A stretch of DNA of 64,000 nt from Octopus bimaculoides. Taxonomy: Eukaryota. Shown here in pieces: positions 12,488-27,400 of this stretch. The stretch is taken from assembly GCF_001194135.2 (NCBI RefSeq), contig NC_069006.1, forward strand, positions 4,272,141 to 4,336,140. Direction: 5' to 3'. Below the pieces are notes generated by a model, which saw only the letters and a list, made by a program, of their open reading frames with translations, was not told the DNA's origin and did no database searches. A program made the position numbers and the translations under genes. Each line of letters starts with the position of its first letter. Within the stretch, counting starts at the first letter, position 1.

Positions 12488-15400
12488 CTGCAAGATAAAA
12501 GGATAAAGGAATAAGGAAAGACTCAAATATTGAATTTCTCCATGCTGGGGGAAAAAAAAATGCTTAGCTGCATTTCTTCTGATTTTAGGTTCTGAGTTCA
12601 AATACTGCCAGGGTCAAATTTGCATTTTGTCCTTTCAGGGTTGATAAAATAAGCACCAGTTAAGTACAGCTGTAAAAACCTTGCCAAAACTGGCCTCGCC
12701 TGTGCTTGTGCCACATAAAAAGCACCAAGTCCACTCTGCTGAGTGGTTGGTGTTAGGAAGGGCATCCAGCTGTAAAAATCCTGCCAAAACAGTCACAGAA
12801 GTCTGGTGCAGGCTTCGGCCTGGCCAGCTCTTGTGATACTGTCCCACCCATGCTAGCATGGAACACGGACATTACATGATGATGATTAACCTTTTCCCCT
12901 TATTTCTGTAACACTATTTTCTTTTTTTGCATATAAATTCTATAAACTTGAGGTTTAGTATCAGTGGCTCTGAATTTGAATAATTTTAAAATTTGGCAAA
13001 TTAAAATTAAAATGCATAAAGTATATAATGTCTGAAACAGCTCCTAAGTCTTCTTAGCAGCAAAGTACAGTGTCCACCCTGCTCCTTCCTACTACCTCTG
13101 AGACCTGCACTCGCAGCTGGCGTCACCCAAGCTCATGCTCATGGCTTCCATGCTCAGTGCAATGCCCTCCTATTTACCTTGTTCACTTTTCGGGTCTGTC
13201 ATAAGCCTGAGGACAGATAAAGCTGGAGATTGATCTGGCTTCCACTGTATATAAATGGCTGGAATTGTAACACGCTCCACCAACCAATCGTATGATCTCG
13301 ATTACAGTCCCAATGTGCAGAGGTCTTCTAGTGTAGCCAAGGGCTGACCAAAGCTTTGGAATTGGATTTGGTAGATGGAAACTGAAAGAAGCCTGTTGTA
13401 TATGTTTGTGTGTGAGAGAGAGAGTGAGATAGATAGTTGTAAATGAACACCATTGTCATAAGAAACAGTGTCCTTTGTTTCCAGTCTGGAAACAAGTGAA
13501 GGTTGGTGACAGGAAAGGTATCCAACTGTAGAAAATCCATCTCAACAAATTCCACCCGACCCAGGCAAGCATGGAAAAGTGGATGTTAAAACAATGGTGG
13601 TGGCGGTGGTGGGGGGAAGCATGTTCATTTTCAAAATATTGGGCGTTGGACAAAAAGAAAAAAGGTTGAGAGAGAGGTGAAGGTGCTGAGTTCAGAATAT
13701 GTTATCAAGTTCAGATATAAATAGAGACGTTTGTATTAGCAAGAGAAGAGAGAGAGGAAAGATAGGTTGATGGAAGGTACATGAACAACCAGCCATAATT
13801 GCTTACCAATTTCAATTGATCTTTTATAGAGACTCTCTGCTTCCATATGATATTTCATGTCATAATTGTACAAAGAGGCAAGGTGCCCTACAGAGAGGGC
13901 AACTTCATAGTCATCTGGTCCCAACAGACGTTCTTTGATCTCAATAGCTTTCAAATGGTGAGTTTCGGCAAGCTAAAAAATAAAAAAACAAAAAGCCTTT
14001 TAAATCATCCTTCAAAATACTTCCCAAAATTTGCCAACTGCACACCTGATGGCCCCTAGCTATTTTTTGCCAACAGTACACCTGATGGCCCATAGCTATT
14101 TTTTTTAACAATTAATTCACCGTTCACTTCCTGTAAGTTATTCTATGTACTGTTCATGCACTTTTAGCAACTGCACATGAGTTCTGTATATAAGAATTTC
14201 AATATTATATCGTAAAATATATTCGCCAGCTAAATGTGGCTGTCCCATAGAGAACGATGTTACTGTGGTTTTTAGCCCCAGGAAGACATCTCCAGCTGGC
14301 TAACGACACACTGTCTGTGTCCAATTAATATTTGCAAGGGGAGGTCATCGTTCCCATCTCTAGCCTTACGTGATGCACACAGACCCGGGTTTCTGAGTAG
14401 TTACCTGTCTGCAGTGTGTGATAATCCCTAGGGGGCTAAAAACAACAGTAACAGCGTCCTCTATGGGACTGCCACACTTAGTTGGCAAATATATTTTACG
14501 ATTCTGTACTGTTACTTTTTACCTCTCACTCAGAGATTTAATGTACATTATTATATCATTTTTTTATATACATCACCAATAATTGAAAATATCCACCCTA
14601 AGGAGCATTAAACTCGTTGACCAAACATTAAAAAGGAGAGAACAACTTAGATAGAGGCAAAGCAATTTCAGCTGATATATGCCATCAGTCAATAGTTGTG
14701 GCTGATTTCTTATGAGCTCTGCTTCCCAGTCAGGTCACAGTTACCTCTCTTCTGGTATTTAATGCTGATAAGAACTTCAGAGTCTGAAATGCATGCATCC
14801 ATCTGAGGGTGCATTAAGCTGACTCTGGTGTTTTACACCTTCTGTCTCATGAGAATTGTTTTTCTCTCTGTGACAAAACTGCATTGAAAAGCATTTTACA
14901 GGTTCAAACATATCAGAACTAATATTACCAGATTTTCTGGCATACAAGTTGAATTTTCCAGACTCAAATTTACAGCCAAAAAAGGTAGGTCAACTTACTC
15001 ACAACTTATTTGCCAATAAGTAATTATGACATCTTCTAGAAGCAGAGATGATTTTACTAAACCAAGAACTTAGGTTGTATGGTATTTGATATATCTACAT
15101 TTGTTTATAAATATATTGTGTGTGTGTGTGAATTCAAAACAATATGAACATGACAGGAGACTGGGACCTTTGGAGATATGCTGTGATTGAGAAGACCTGG
15201 CAACTAAAGTGAGATCACAGCCACGCATGTCCGGCCCTGTTAAGAATACCCCTGATGTGTTGGGCTATATGATATGCTTGAGAAGACCTGTTGAGTCAAG
15301 ACCAATATCGTAACTGTGGACAGTGCCACCTGACTGGCTCCCATACCGGTGGCATGTAAAAAGCACAATCCAAATGTGGTTGATGCCAGGTCTGCCGAAC

Positions 15401-18400
15401 TGGCTCTTGTGCCGGTGGCACATAAAAAGCACCAACCAAATGTGGCCGATGCCAGTACCCCCTGACTGGCTCCGGTACCTGTGGCAAGTAAAAAGCACCA
15501 TCTGAACGTAATCAATGCCAGGCCCGCCTCATTGGCTCCTGCGCCAGTGGCACGTAAAAAGCACCCACTACACTCTCGGAGTGGTTGGCGTTAGGAAGGG
15601 CATCCAGCTGTAGAAACCTTGCCAGATCAGATTGGAGCCTGGTGCAGCTGCTGGCTTTCCAGTTCTCGGTCAAACTGTCCAACCCATGCCAGCATGGAAA
15701 ACGGAAGTTAAATGATGACGATGATGATGAATAAATAAGCATTATATCTAACAAGAGTATTCTGAATGTTAAAGGTTAAATAATTAAAACANNNNNNNNN
15801 NNNNNNNNNNNNNNNNNNNNNNNNNNNNNNNNNNNNNNNNNNNNNNNNNNNNNNNNNNNNNNNNNNNNNNNNNNNNNNNNNNNNNNNNNNNNNNNNNNNN
15901 NNNNNNNNNNNNNNNNNNNNNNNNNNNNNNNNNNNNNNNNNNNNNNNNNNNNNNNNNNNNNNNNNNNNNNNNNNNNNNNNNNNNNNNNNNNNNNNNNNNN
16001 NNNNNNNNNNNNNNNNNNNNNNNNNNNNNNNNNNNNNNNNNNNNNNNNNNNNNNNNNNNNNNNNNNNNNNNNNNNNNNNNNNNNNNNNNNNNNNNNNNNN
16101 NNNNNNNNNNNNNNNNNNNNNNNNNNNNNNNNNNNNNNNNNNNNNNNNNNNNNNNNNNNNNNNNNNNNNNNNNNNNNNNNNNNNNNNNNNNNNNNNNNNN
16201 NNNNNNNNNNNNNNNNNNNNNNNNNNNNNNNNNNNNNNNNNNNNNNNNNNNNNNNNCCCACCGAGAACAATTCTCCCCAACGACAACTATCCCCCTCTCC
16301 AATATATTAAGAAGTTTTAAATCATCATCTGTCGTCCTGGGGGGGAGGGGGTAAATGTCCCAGACTCTTTCCAAACACCAGCTTAATAATGATGTCATTT
16401 TACTAAATTTGTCATTATTTTCAAAATAAATTGAAACAAAGGTCGTATATTTCAACAGAGGTATGGTAACAAAAGGGTTAAGGTGATCTTAATTAAAACC
16501 TTCCATCAAAATCTCGTTAATTTAGATCACTTTGACCTTCTTGTTAGCATATATCTGTTGAAATACACTTTGTTACAATTAATTTTGTACAAAAAAAAAA
16601 AATGAAGAATTTAGTAAACTAGTCATTACAAAGTTGGTGTTTGGCACATGCATTAACTTATAATTTTGAATGGAAAGCTTTAATTTAGATCACTTTGAAA
16701 CAGTTATTTAGTTTTACAGGACTAGGGGTGGTCATGGACAGATTGGTACCAAGAGGGTCAGAGCCCAGTATTTTACAAAATAAATACAAAGAACTTCCAG
16801 TCACAGTATATTACTGGTACTTATTTTAGGGACTTTAGTTCTCGAGATCATCTGATTGACTTCACAAAGATGACAGGCATCACTTTTGGTAGTGTGTAAT
16901 TGCTGTGACACTTTGGGGGCAAGTAAGTTCTACAATAGCCCTGGGCCAACCAAAGCCTTGTGAGTAAATTTGATAGACAGAAACTGCATGGAAGCCAATT
17001 ATATCTATTTATGTAGGTGTGTGCACATGCATATCTACAGGGTGTCCTTAAATTGTCTTAACGATTTGAAATATTCAGGAAAAATAAAGATAACTTTCCA
17101 AAGTTTATTAGAAAACATTGGCAAACAAATAGTTTTATTAGAAACATCAGAACACTTCCATATGGGATTGATTGGTTGCACACAACCTGCTGAATTATTC
17201 TTAGTTTTTTTCTGAATTTTTCAAATTGTAAAGGTAATTTATGGACATCCTGTATATGTGTGTGTGTCTCTCTCTCTCTCTCCTTCTCTTCACCTCATGT
17301 GATGATTGTCAATGAGCATCACCATCCTACATGCAATGCTGTCCATTTTCTGTCTTCCAGGTTGAAATCTTGTATCCCTTCATCAAGAATGCAATGATAC
17401 CCAACGTGACACACTATTTTATGCTGATATACACACAGACATAATGGGTGCCTGCATGGTTACATTCTACTAAATTCCATCCAGGAGGCACTGACCAACC
17501 ATTTCTACAGCTATCCACCACTCTCTTCCACACATCATCAACAAACATCCATCTACCATTAGTATTCCCCTCCTATGACCTTCTGCCTTTACTCTCTCTC
17601 TCTCTCATTACTCCTTGCCATTATCATTATCATTTCTTCCAGCAGTCCTGACTGCACACACACACACGATTCCGTGTGTGTGTGTGTGTGAAGCAAGGCA
17701 GCGAGCTGGCAGAGTCGTTAGCACGCTGGACGAAATGCTTAGTGATATTTCGCCCTTCGCTACGTTCTGAGTTCAAATCACCCCAAGGTCAATTTTGTGG
17801 AGGCGCAATGGCCCAGTGGTTAGTGCAGCGGACTCGTGGTGATAGGATCGCGGTTTCAATTCCAAGACCGGGCGTTGTGAGTGTTTATTGAGNNNNNNNN
17901 NNNNNNNNNNNNNNNNNNNNNNNNNNNNNNNNNNNNNNNNNNNNNNNNNNNNNNNNNNNNNNNNNNNNNNNNNNNNNNNNNNNNNNNNNNNNNNNNNNNN
18001 NNNNNNNNNNNNNNNNNNNNNNNNNNNNNNNNNNNNNNNNNNNNNNNNNNNNNNNNNNNTTTCTCTCACTCTTTCTTCCTGTTTCTGTTGTGCCTGTAAT
18101 TCAAAGGGTCAGCCTTGTCACACTGTGTCACGCTGAATATCCCCGAGAACTACGTTAAGGGTACATGTGCCTGTGGAGTGCTCAGCCACTTGCACGTTAA
18201 TTTCACGAGCAGGCTGTTCCGTTGATCGGATCAACTGGAACCCTCGACGTCGTAAGCGAAGGAGTGCCAACAACAATTTGTGAAGCCCTAATTTTTACTC
18301 CTTCCTTAGTTCTATCCAGTGGATTGTGGTCATATCAAGGGACCATCAACCAGTTTTATTGAAGGGAGACTCACCTTTAACTCTCTTTGATGAAGATAAG

Positions 18401-21400
18401 AGGAGATGGTCGCTTGGTAAGATCTTCAACAGAATCTCTATCGCCTTCTCAGCATGACGTCTACAATAAAAAAGAAAAACATGAAGAGAAACAATGAAAT
18501 TCAATTCTCTTTTAATGGATTCCTAACTTCCTGGTTTATCTTTTATCATTTATTTGTTTCAGGCATTGCACTGCGGCCATGCTGGGGCAATGCCTTGAAG
18601 TATTGTAGTCAAACAAATCAAAGCATTTATTATATAAGCCCGGTATTGATTCTATCATTCTCCTTTGCTGAACCGCTCGCTGACTTACAGGGATGCAAAC
18701 AAACCAACACAGGTTGTCAAGCAGTGGCAGGAGACAAACAAAGACACACAGATATAGACGTATATATCTATACGTATAAAACAGACTGGGATTCGATTCA
18801 TTTGATTAAAAAGTCTTCTAGATAGTGCCCCAGCATGACCACAGTCTGATGATCAAAACTAAAGAATAAGAGTAAAAGGAAACACCGGGGCCGATCTAAT
18901 TAACTTACCCCACCCCTAAAATTACTGGCTTTGTGCCCAAAAATTTGAAACCATTCTTATTTCACAATAAATGTGCTTTCGTAATGCATTTACATTGAGC
19001 ATGATACACAAATGGCTATTTTAATCTAATACTTGCTTATGTTGCATGCAACCGATTTTTATTCAACCAGGTGGCTAATTGCAACATCAGTGATTGTTGC
19101 CCAGCATGTGAATGATTCTGCAAGCTCACAGCCCTAGAAATAATAATAATGATCCTTTCTAAAATGAGCACAAGGCTGGAAATTTTAGATGAGGAGGTGG
19201 GGGTGGGGGTAAATCGGTTACATCAACCCCAGTACTTATTTCACTGACCCCAAAAGGATGGAAGGCAAAGTCAACCCTGGCGGAATTTGAACTCAAAATG
19301 TACAGCCAAAAAGAAATGCTGTAAAGCATTGTGCCCAGTATGCTAACAATTCTGTCAACCTTCGAAGTAATAATAATATTATTTTTATATACACACACAC
19401 ACACACACATAGGTACACACATACATACATAGGTACATACATACACAAATATGTACATACACACACACACACACACACATACAATGCAGTCATACCTGTG
19501 CCTATATATGTGTGTACATGTGTATGTATATATGTGTGTGCATGTAAGAAGTTTGCTTCCCTACCACACAGTTCTGGGTTCAGTTCCACTGCGTGGCACC
19601 TTGGGCAAGTGTCTTCTACTATAGCCTCAGACCACCAAAGCCTTATGAGTGAATTTGGTAGACAGAAACTGAAAGAAGCCTATCGTGTACATGTGTGTGT
19701 GTTTGTTTGATCCCCCACCACCACTTGACAACTGGTGTTGGTGTGTTTACATCCCTGTAACTTAGCAGTTTAGCAAAAGAGACCAATAGACTAGGTTCTA
19801 GGTTTAAAAGTAATAAGTACTGAGGTTAATTCATTCAACTAAAATTTCTTCAAGACAGTACTCCAGCATGGCCACAGTCTAATGACTGAAACAAGTAAAA
19901 AATAAAAAATATATATACATATATTATATATACATACATAAATATATATACATACATACATATATACATATATATATACATACATATATACATACATATA
20001 TGAGAGAGAGAGAGAAAAAGCAAGGAAAGGAAATGAAGACAGAAACATTTTTTAAGAATGTCAGAATGCTGCCGGTTAAATAAAACAAGTCTAAACTCAC
20101 TGAGCATCTTTGAAGTTCCCTGAGCTGTATTCATGGACATATGATGCGTACGCTAAGTCCTCGTGTGCCACAGCAACATGAAAATTGTTCCCACCAAAGA
20201 CAGACAGACGAATATCTAGCGCCATCTGGTGAAGTTAGACAAAGAGAAAAATTAAAAATATAACGAAAATCATGTCAATAAAAAACAATGAAAGCATTTG
20301 TGAGCCGAGCATGAGTGTTGAGTAATCTTTAATAGGCACCCTCATGGAGGCAAAGTGGCTGAGCTCCTTAAGAGTGTTGGGGCTCACAGAGGCAATGCCC
20401 AAGACCTCTGGCATTATGTTGTGCTTGAGACAAAGACCCATCAAGCCAAGCAAAATCGCCCTCGTGGCAGATACTAGTGTTATGCAAATGGCACATAAAA
20501 GCACCCATTACACTCTCAGAGTGGTTGGTGTTAGGAAGGGCATTCAGCCATAGAAAACCCATACCAAATCAGACTGGAGCCTGGTGCAACCTTCCAGTAT
20601 CCCAGCCCAGTCAAACCATCCAACCCATGCTAGCATGGACAACGGACATTAAATGATGATACTGGTAGCCTCCCTATAATAGTCCACTCTGCTGAGTGGT
20701 TGGTGTTAGGAAGGGCAACCAGCTGTAAAAATCCTGCCAAAGCAGTCACAGAGGTTTGGTGCAGGCTTTTGCCTGGCTGGCTCTTGTCAAGCTGTCCCAC
20801 CCATACCAGCATGGAAGGCAGACGCTAAACGATGATGAAGATGAATAAATTTCTGTTACCAATAAATCTAAAACTTTTCACAAATCACTGCCACAAACAA
20901 TACTACAATGTAACATCATCATCATTAACACCATCTAATGTCCATTTTCCATGCTGGGCAATTTGACAGAATCCAAAAGGTCAGAGAACTGTATTGTACT
21001 TCAATGCCTGCTTTGTCATGGCTCCTACAGCTGGATGGCCTTTCTAATGCCAACCATTTTACAGATTGTACTAGGTAGATTTTTTTTTCAATCTTTTCTT
21101 TTGTTAGCACCAGCACTAGTGAGGTCACCATGTAGCTCTCAAGGCTAATATTCCAATCACCGCCTTATTGACTAAGTGAGGATTCGGTAGAGAGGGAGGT
21201 GGTTTTGAGGTAGATGATGATGAAAGGTCAAAGTACACAGGAAGAGGCCAGAACAGAATAGGTTTCTGGCTGTAGAAGAGATTCATGGTTAATCACATTA
21301 CATTTATCTTTGTTTATCACTAATTCATTTATCACTGATCCAGGATAACATGGTATGTTCAATTGCAAGACATGTTATGCTTATTATGAATTGATCTGTG

Positions 21401-24400
21401 ATAACATGGGTCAGTAATCAATCGAAGATTATGCTTGGACTGAAAAAGCATGCCCCAGTGACCATCCACAACGCTTAGGGGTTTCAAATGCCAGTGCTGC
21501 CTGACTGGCTCCCGCATCGGTGGCACATAAAAAGCACCATTCAAGCGTGGTCGATGCCAGTGCCACCTGACCTATCCGTGCTGGTGGCACGTTAAAAGCA
21601 CCCACTACACTCTCGGAGTGGTTGGCATTAGGAAGGGCATCCAGCTGTAGAAACCTTGCCAGATCAGATTGGAGCCTGGTGCAGCCTCCTGGCTTGCCAG
21701 TCCCAGTCAAACCGTCCAACCCATGCCAGCATAGAAAGTAAACGTTAAATAATGATGATGAAAATGAAACTTATTCATTTAACACTGATTCGTTTAACAG
21801 TTTTTTTTGTTTTTTAATCAAACACCAGTGATTAATAAGGATTGATGTCTACAAGAGTGAGTTGGAGTAAATAATAGTTGTGGAAATGGAAAGAGAAAAG
21901 ACAAAATGACAAATCCTCAGATTTCTTTTGTAAATGTAAAATCCTCCACTGATAAAATTCTTACGTTGACAGCCATCAACAACCATCATCATCATCATCA
22001 TCATCATCATTTAACGTCTCTTTTCCATGCTGGCATGGGTTGGACTGAAACTGAGGAGTCAGACACCTGTGGTGAGCTCTGATGTCTTTAAAATGAAATC
22101 AAAAGCTGGACAGCTTAGCTATCTCCGACGAAGTAAATGGCCAACATTTCTATGCTCCCTGGTTTCAATGGAGCAGGTCAGATTGGAAAATAAATAAAAG
22201 CAAGTGCACTATGAACATTACCTGATAGACTTTTACAGAAGCTGCTACAGAGTCAACATTTAATAAATAAAAACCATAATCTTGCAATGTATCAGCATAT
22301 TTGGGATGGCGCTGACCAAAATGTTCACTGGGAAAGAACAAAAAGAGTTAAAAATATTAAAAAAAGAAACATCTATGTTTATTATTGTAATAAAAAGACA
22401 CATAGCTACAAATGCATGCATGCACAGACACACATACACACACACACAGACGGACACACACAATCATTGTCATCGTTTAATGTCCGCTATTCCATGCTTG
22501 CATGGTGGATCAAATGGAATTTGTTGAGGCAGATTTTCTATAGTTGGATGCTCTTCCTGTTTCCAAACAAGATAGTATTTCCCCATGGCCAGATCAACAC
22601 TTGGAACCTCACGTTAGTGAAGTGAGCTTCTTAAGCATTTGGCCACAACAAACACAACAGCTCTCATATGACTATTTGTGATAGAAAACAAATTGCATGC
22701 CCTGTTGCAGAGACCAGCTGCCCAACGGAAGTAAACATATCCTATGTCTCAAATGCACATGCATGGAACCAAGTATACTTGGTGCATGGCTTAGCGGTTA
22801 GGGGTATTCAGCTCACAATTGTAAGGTTGTGAGTTCAATTCCCAGCAGCACATTGTGTCCTTGAACAAGATACTTTATTTCACGTTGCTTCAGTTCACTC
22901 AACTGGCAAAAGTTAATTGTACCTGTATTTCAAAGGGGCCAGCCTTATCACAGCCTTTTGTGTCATGCTGAATCATCATCATCATTTAACGTCCGTTGTC
23001 CATGCTGTCATGGGTCGGACGACTTGACCAGGGCTGGTAAGCTGGAAGGCTGCACCAGACTCCAGTCTGATTTCACACGATTTTCTAAGGCTGGATGCCC
23101 TTCCTAACGCCAACCCCTCTGAGAGTGTAATGGGTGCTTTTACGTGTCACCAGCACAAGTGCCATTTGCCTGACACCGGTATCTGCCACGACTGCAATTT
23201 TGCTCAGCTTGATGGGTCTTCTCTCCCTGAGAAATACATTAAGGGTACATGTGTCTGTGGAGTGCTGAGTCACTTGCACAATGATTTCATGAGCAGGTTG
23301 TTCTGTTTATCAGATCAATTGGAACCCTCGTCAGCCAGTTTTAGCTTTATATTTGGTTCCCAAACAGTAAGGGTTAAAGGGAGGTTTCAAATGTATGTGT
23401 GTGTGTGTGTGTGTGTGCATGCACTTGTGCCCATACGTATTTATGTGTATAGAGATTCATGTATTTGCTCAATCAGTCATTCGTTTTTACATCCATTTTT
23501 CTATGCTTGCATCAGATGGACTAATATGTGAGATGCAATTTGGTTTTATGCCAGGAAGGGGGACAATAGATGCAGGGTTCATTGTAAGGAGATTGAAGGA
23601 GGAATACCACGATAAGGGGAAGGAGTTGTACATGTGCTTCGTTGATCTGGAGAAGGCATTTGTTAGGGTTCCAAGGAAGGTGACTGAGTGGGCATTGAGG
23701 AAGAGCGGTGTACTAGAGGTATTAGTGAGGGCAGTGAGGAGTTTGTATGAAGGGGTTAAGACAAGAGGTAGAGTTGGATCAGAGGTGTCGGAGGAGTTTG
23801 CAGTGGAAGTTGGTGTGCATCAGGGATCTGTGTTGTCACTGTTGTTGTTTGCAATAGTGGTTGATGTGGTGACGGAGGATGCAAGAGGATTGCTAATGGA
23901 GATACTGTGTGCGGATGACCTTGTTCTGATGAGTGAGATGATGGAGGGATAGGAGGCATTTGAAAGCAAGGGCTTGAAGGTAAACCTCGGGAAGACAAAG
24001 GTGATGGTGAGCAGGGTGGAAGGAGAAGTGTGAGTAAGGTACATCTATGTGGGAGGAGGGTAATGGCAAATGCGGTGTTGTGTACGAGATGTGAGAAATG
24101 GATTCATGGTAGGCGTACGAAAATGAAGAAGGTGACCCCAAGACTGGCAAGAGAGTTTGTCTGTGGAAGATGTGAGAAAGGAGCTGGAGGGCTGGCGAAG
24201 TCAGTGGAAACACTATGTGACAGGGTGGAGACGGTGAGAGGGTTTGTTATTTGGGAGATAAGGTGGATGTGAAGCATCTGTGACAGCAAGAGCAAGACTT
24301 GGCTGGGTGAAGTTCAAGGAATGTGGAGTGTTGTTATATGGGAAAAGGTTCTCATTGAAGATGAAAGGAAGGGTCTGTAGGAGTTGCATGAGAGCTGCAA

Positions 24401-27400
24401 TGCTGTATGGGAGTGAGATGTGGTGTCTGAGGGAGAAAGATGGCAATTTTGAGAAGGACCGTGAGAGCAATGTGTGGAGTGAAGCTGTTTGATAAGAGGC
24501 AGACTGAGGACTTGATGGGGATGCTGGGGGCTGGAGGAATCGGTGGAATGGTTGGCAAGGGTGAATGGAGTGTGGTGGTATGGGCATGTGTTGAGGAGGG
24601 ATGAGTGGCATGTTCTGAGGAGGGTGCCTGAGTTTGAGGTGAATGGACAGCGAAAGCGAGGTAGGCCGAGGAAAATGTGGAGTGGACAGGTGGAGGAAGA
24701 GATTGGGAGGGTTGGGTTGAGGGAGGACGGCCAAAACTGGGCAACATGGTGAGATGGTGTGAGGGCGGTTGCTATGGCATTGAGGTAGATCTGGCCACCC
24801 CACTTGACGGGGACAAAACCCAGATTTGAAACACTGGATGATGATGAAGCATTGTGATACAGCTGAATGTCCTTCAGAACACTAACCCTGGCTTGTTTTG
24901 CAAAGTAAAGGATTTCTTATTCTATACAACTCTTAAACCATGAAATAACCAATTTGTTTGCTAGACAAATTGATGACAACAATGTTTGCCACACTTTGCA
25001 AGTGGCCACAGATATAAACGAGCACACACATGCATGCGCATATTTACACGCACACACAGATGCATATATATGCACACACATGCATACATGTATAAATACA
25101 TGCAGACAGAAACAGACATATATACATACACACACACAGACGCATATACAGTAATCCCTCGACATTTCGCGGTTCACCTATCGCAGTTTATTATTTAAGC
25201 TTATGTCGATTCCATCGTGGTATTGTTTTGCATTTATAATAAAATAAATATATACAAATTATGTAAATAATAAAAAAATATATATATACAGTAGGAGTGG
25301 CTGTGTGGTAAGTAGCTTGCTTACCAACCACATGGTTCCGGGTTCAGTCCCACTGCGTGGCACCTTGGGCAAGTGTCTTCTTCTATAGCCTCAGGCCGAC
25401 CAAAGCCTTGTGAGTGGATTTGGTAAAAGGAAACTGAAAGAAGCTCGTCGTATATATGTATATATATATATATGTATGTGTGTGTATATGTTTGTGTGTC
25501 TGTGTTTGTCTCCCCAACATCGCTTGACAACCGATGCTGGTGTGTTTACGTCCCCGTAACTTAGCGGTTCAGCAAAAGAGACTGATAGAATAAGTACCAG
25601 GCTTACAAAGAATAAGTCCTGGGGTCGATTTGCTCGACTAAAGGCAGTGCTCCAGCATGGCCACAAATGACTGAAACAAGTAAAGAGTACAGTACAGTAT
25701 TGTTTCTACTTCGTGAATTTTCACCTATTGCAGTGATTTTTAGAACATAACACCCGCAACAGTCAGGGTATTACTGTACATGCATGCACATACACACACA
25801 CACACATACCTGATGGGCATTTTTTCAGTTTCCATCGACCAAATTCACTCCCAAGATTTCAGCCAACCCAAAACAATAGCAAAAGTCGGATGCCCAAGGT
25901 GTCGTACCATTGGACTGGACCAAGTGACAAAACATTTGGGCATCAGGAAAGGCATCCGGCCATACAACACTGCCTTCAAAGACACACCCAACCCATGCCC
26001 TCATAGAAAAAAACACAACAGTACTCATTACATCCTTACCTTTTCCCTCTCTACCAGCCGTCTCCNNNNNNNNNNNNNNNNNNNNNNNNNNNNNNNNNNN
26101 NNNNNNNNNNNNNNNNNNNNNNNNNNNNNNNNNNNNNNNNNNNNNNNNNNNNNNNNNNNNNNNNNNNNNNNNNNNNNNNNNNNNNNNNNNNNNNNNNNNN
26201 NNNNNNNNNNNNNNNNNNNNNNNNNNNNNNNNNNNNNNNNNNNNNNNNNNNNNNNNNNNNNNNNNNNNNNNNNNNNNNNNNNNNNNNNNNNNNNNNNNNN
26301 NNNNNNNNNNNNNNNNNNNNNNNNNNNNNNNNNNNNNNNNNNNNNNNNNNNNNNNNNNNNNNNNNNNNNNNNNNNNNNNNNNNNNTCACCCGGCATGTTA
26401 ACGTTTCTGCCAGCTCGCTGCCTTTTAAAATATTTTCTTATTTCTTTACTGCCCACAAGTGGCTACACACAGAGGGGACAAACAAGGACAGACAAATGGA
26501 TTAAGTCGATTATATTGATCCCCAGTACGTAACTGGTATTTATTTAATCGACCCCCGAAAGGATGAAAGGCAAAGTCGACCTCGGCGGAATTTAAACTCA
26601 GAACGTAGCGGCAGACGAAATACCGTTAAGCATTTCACCCGGCATGTTAACGTTTCTGCCAGCTCGCTGCCTTTTAAAATATTTTCTGTATTGTAAAAGT
26701 ATAAGCAGATAAATTTTAAGAACAAAATCTTATATGGACCCCTAAGGGTCATATGAACCCCAATTAAGAACCACTGAAGTAGACAAAAGGAAGAGTAATA
26801 CTCATAAAGGAAACAATATAAAAAAAAAAACAAGAAGCTAAAAGATGAAAAACAAGCAAAAAAAAAAGGTACAAGGATGAGTCAACCCTACCTAATCTTT
26901 TCAGTTTTTACCTACCTTCCCTTTCTCTATTCTCCAATCACTTGACCCCTGCCCCTTCTACACTTACAAAACTCCACCCATGCACACTCCCAATTCCTGT
27001 CTCAACTCACTTCTACTCACTCTGTACTTTAAAGGATAGCTTGACAGGATCCAGCAAGCTTCAGTGCCATGTCAAGGTTCAGCTTTGGCATGGTTTCAAC
27101 AGCTGGATACCATTCCTAATGCCAGCCACTTTACAGAGTGTATTGGGTGCTTTGAAGGTGGAACTGGCACGAGTGGTGTTGCCATGCAACTTGCAACACA
27201 AAGACAAAGAACAGAGAAGGAAAAACACTCCCCAAACTAAGGGAGTCGGGCATTGAGGACAGAATGGTGGCTTTGTGCCAGGAACCGAGAGGAAGCTGAA
27301 GTACGATAGAGGGACAACCACAGTCAGTTCTCTCCATACCATCAAATACATAAGGCCACAACAGGATCTATCCGTCCAGCCGTTTTCTGCTACTGTTCTG

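Noticed and set aside
15310-15580. Twister-like ribozyme in the tandem unit (CTGG-CTCCCGTG-CCAG ... TAAAAAG)
   Set aside because: Only superficial similarity: the cleavage-site UAA, the P1/P2 helices and the pseudoknot partner are not present.
26030-26065. Donor-like AAG|gtaagg next to the gap as the end of the missing 68-nt exon
   Set aside because: The phase-2 frame that would be required contains an in-frame TAG, and the peptide does not resemble APPBP2.
26386-26685. Head-to-tail identical SINE duplication
   Set aside because: The identical ~50-bp copy begins exactly at a gap edge, so it cannot be distinguished from an assembly artefact.
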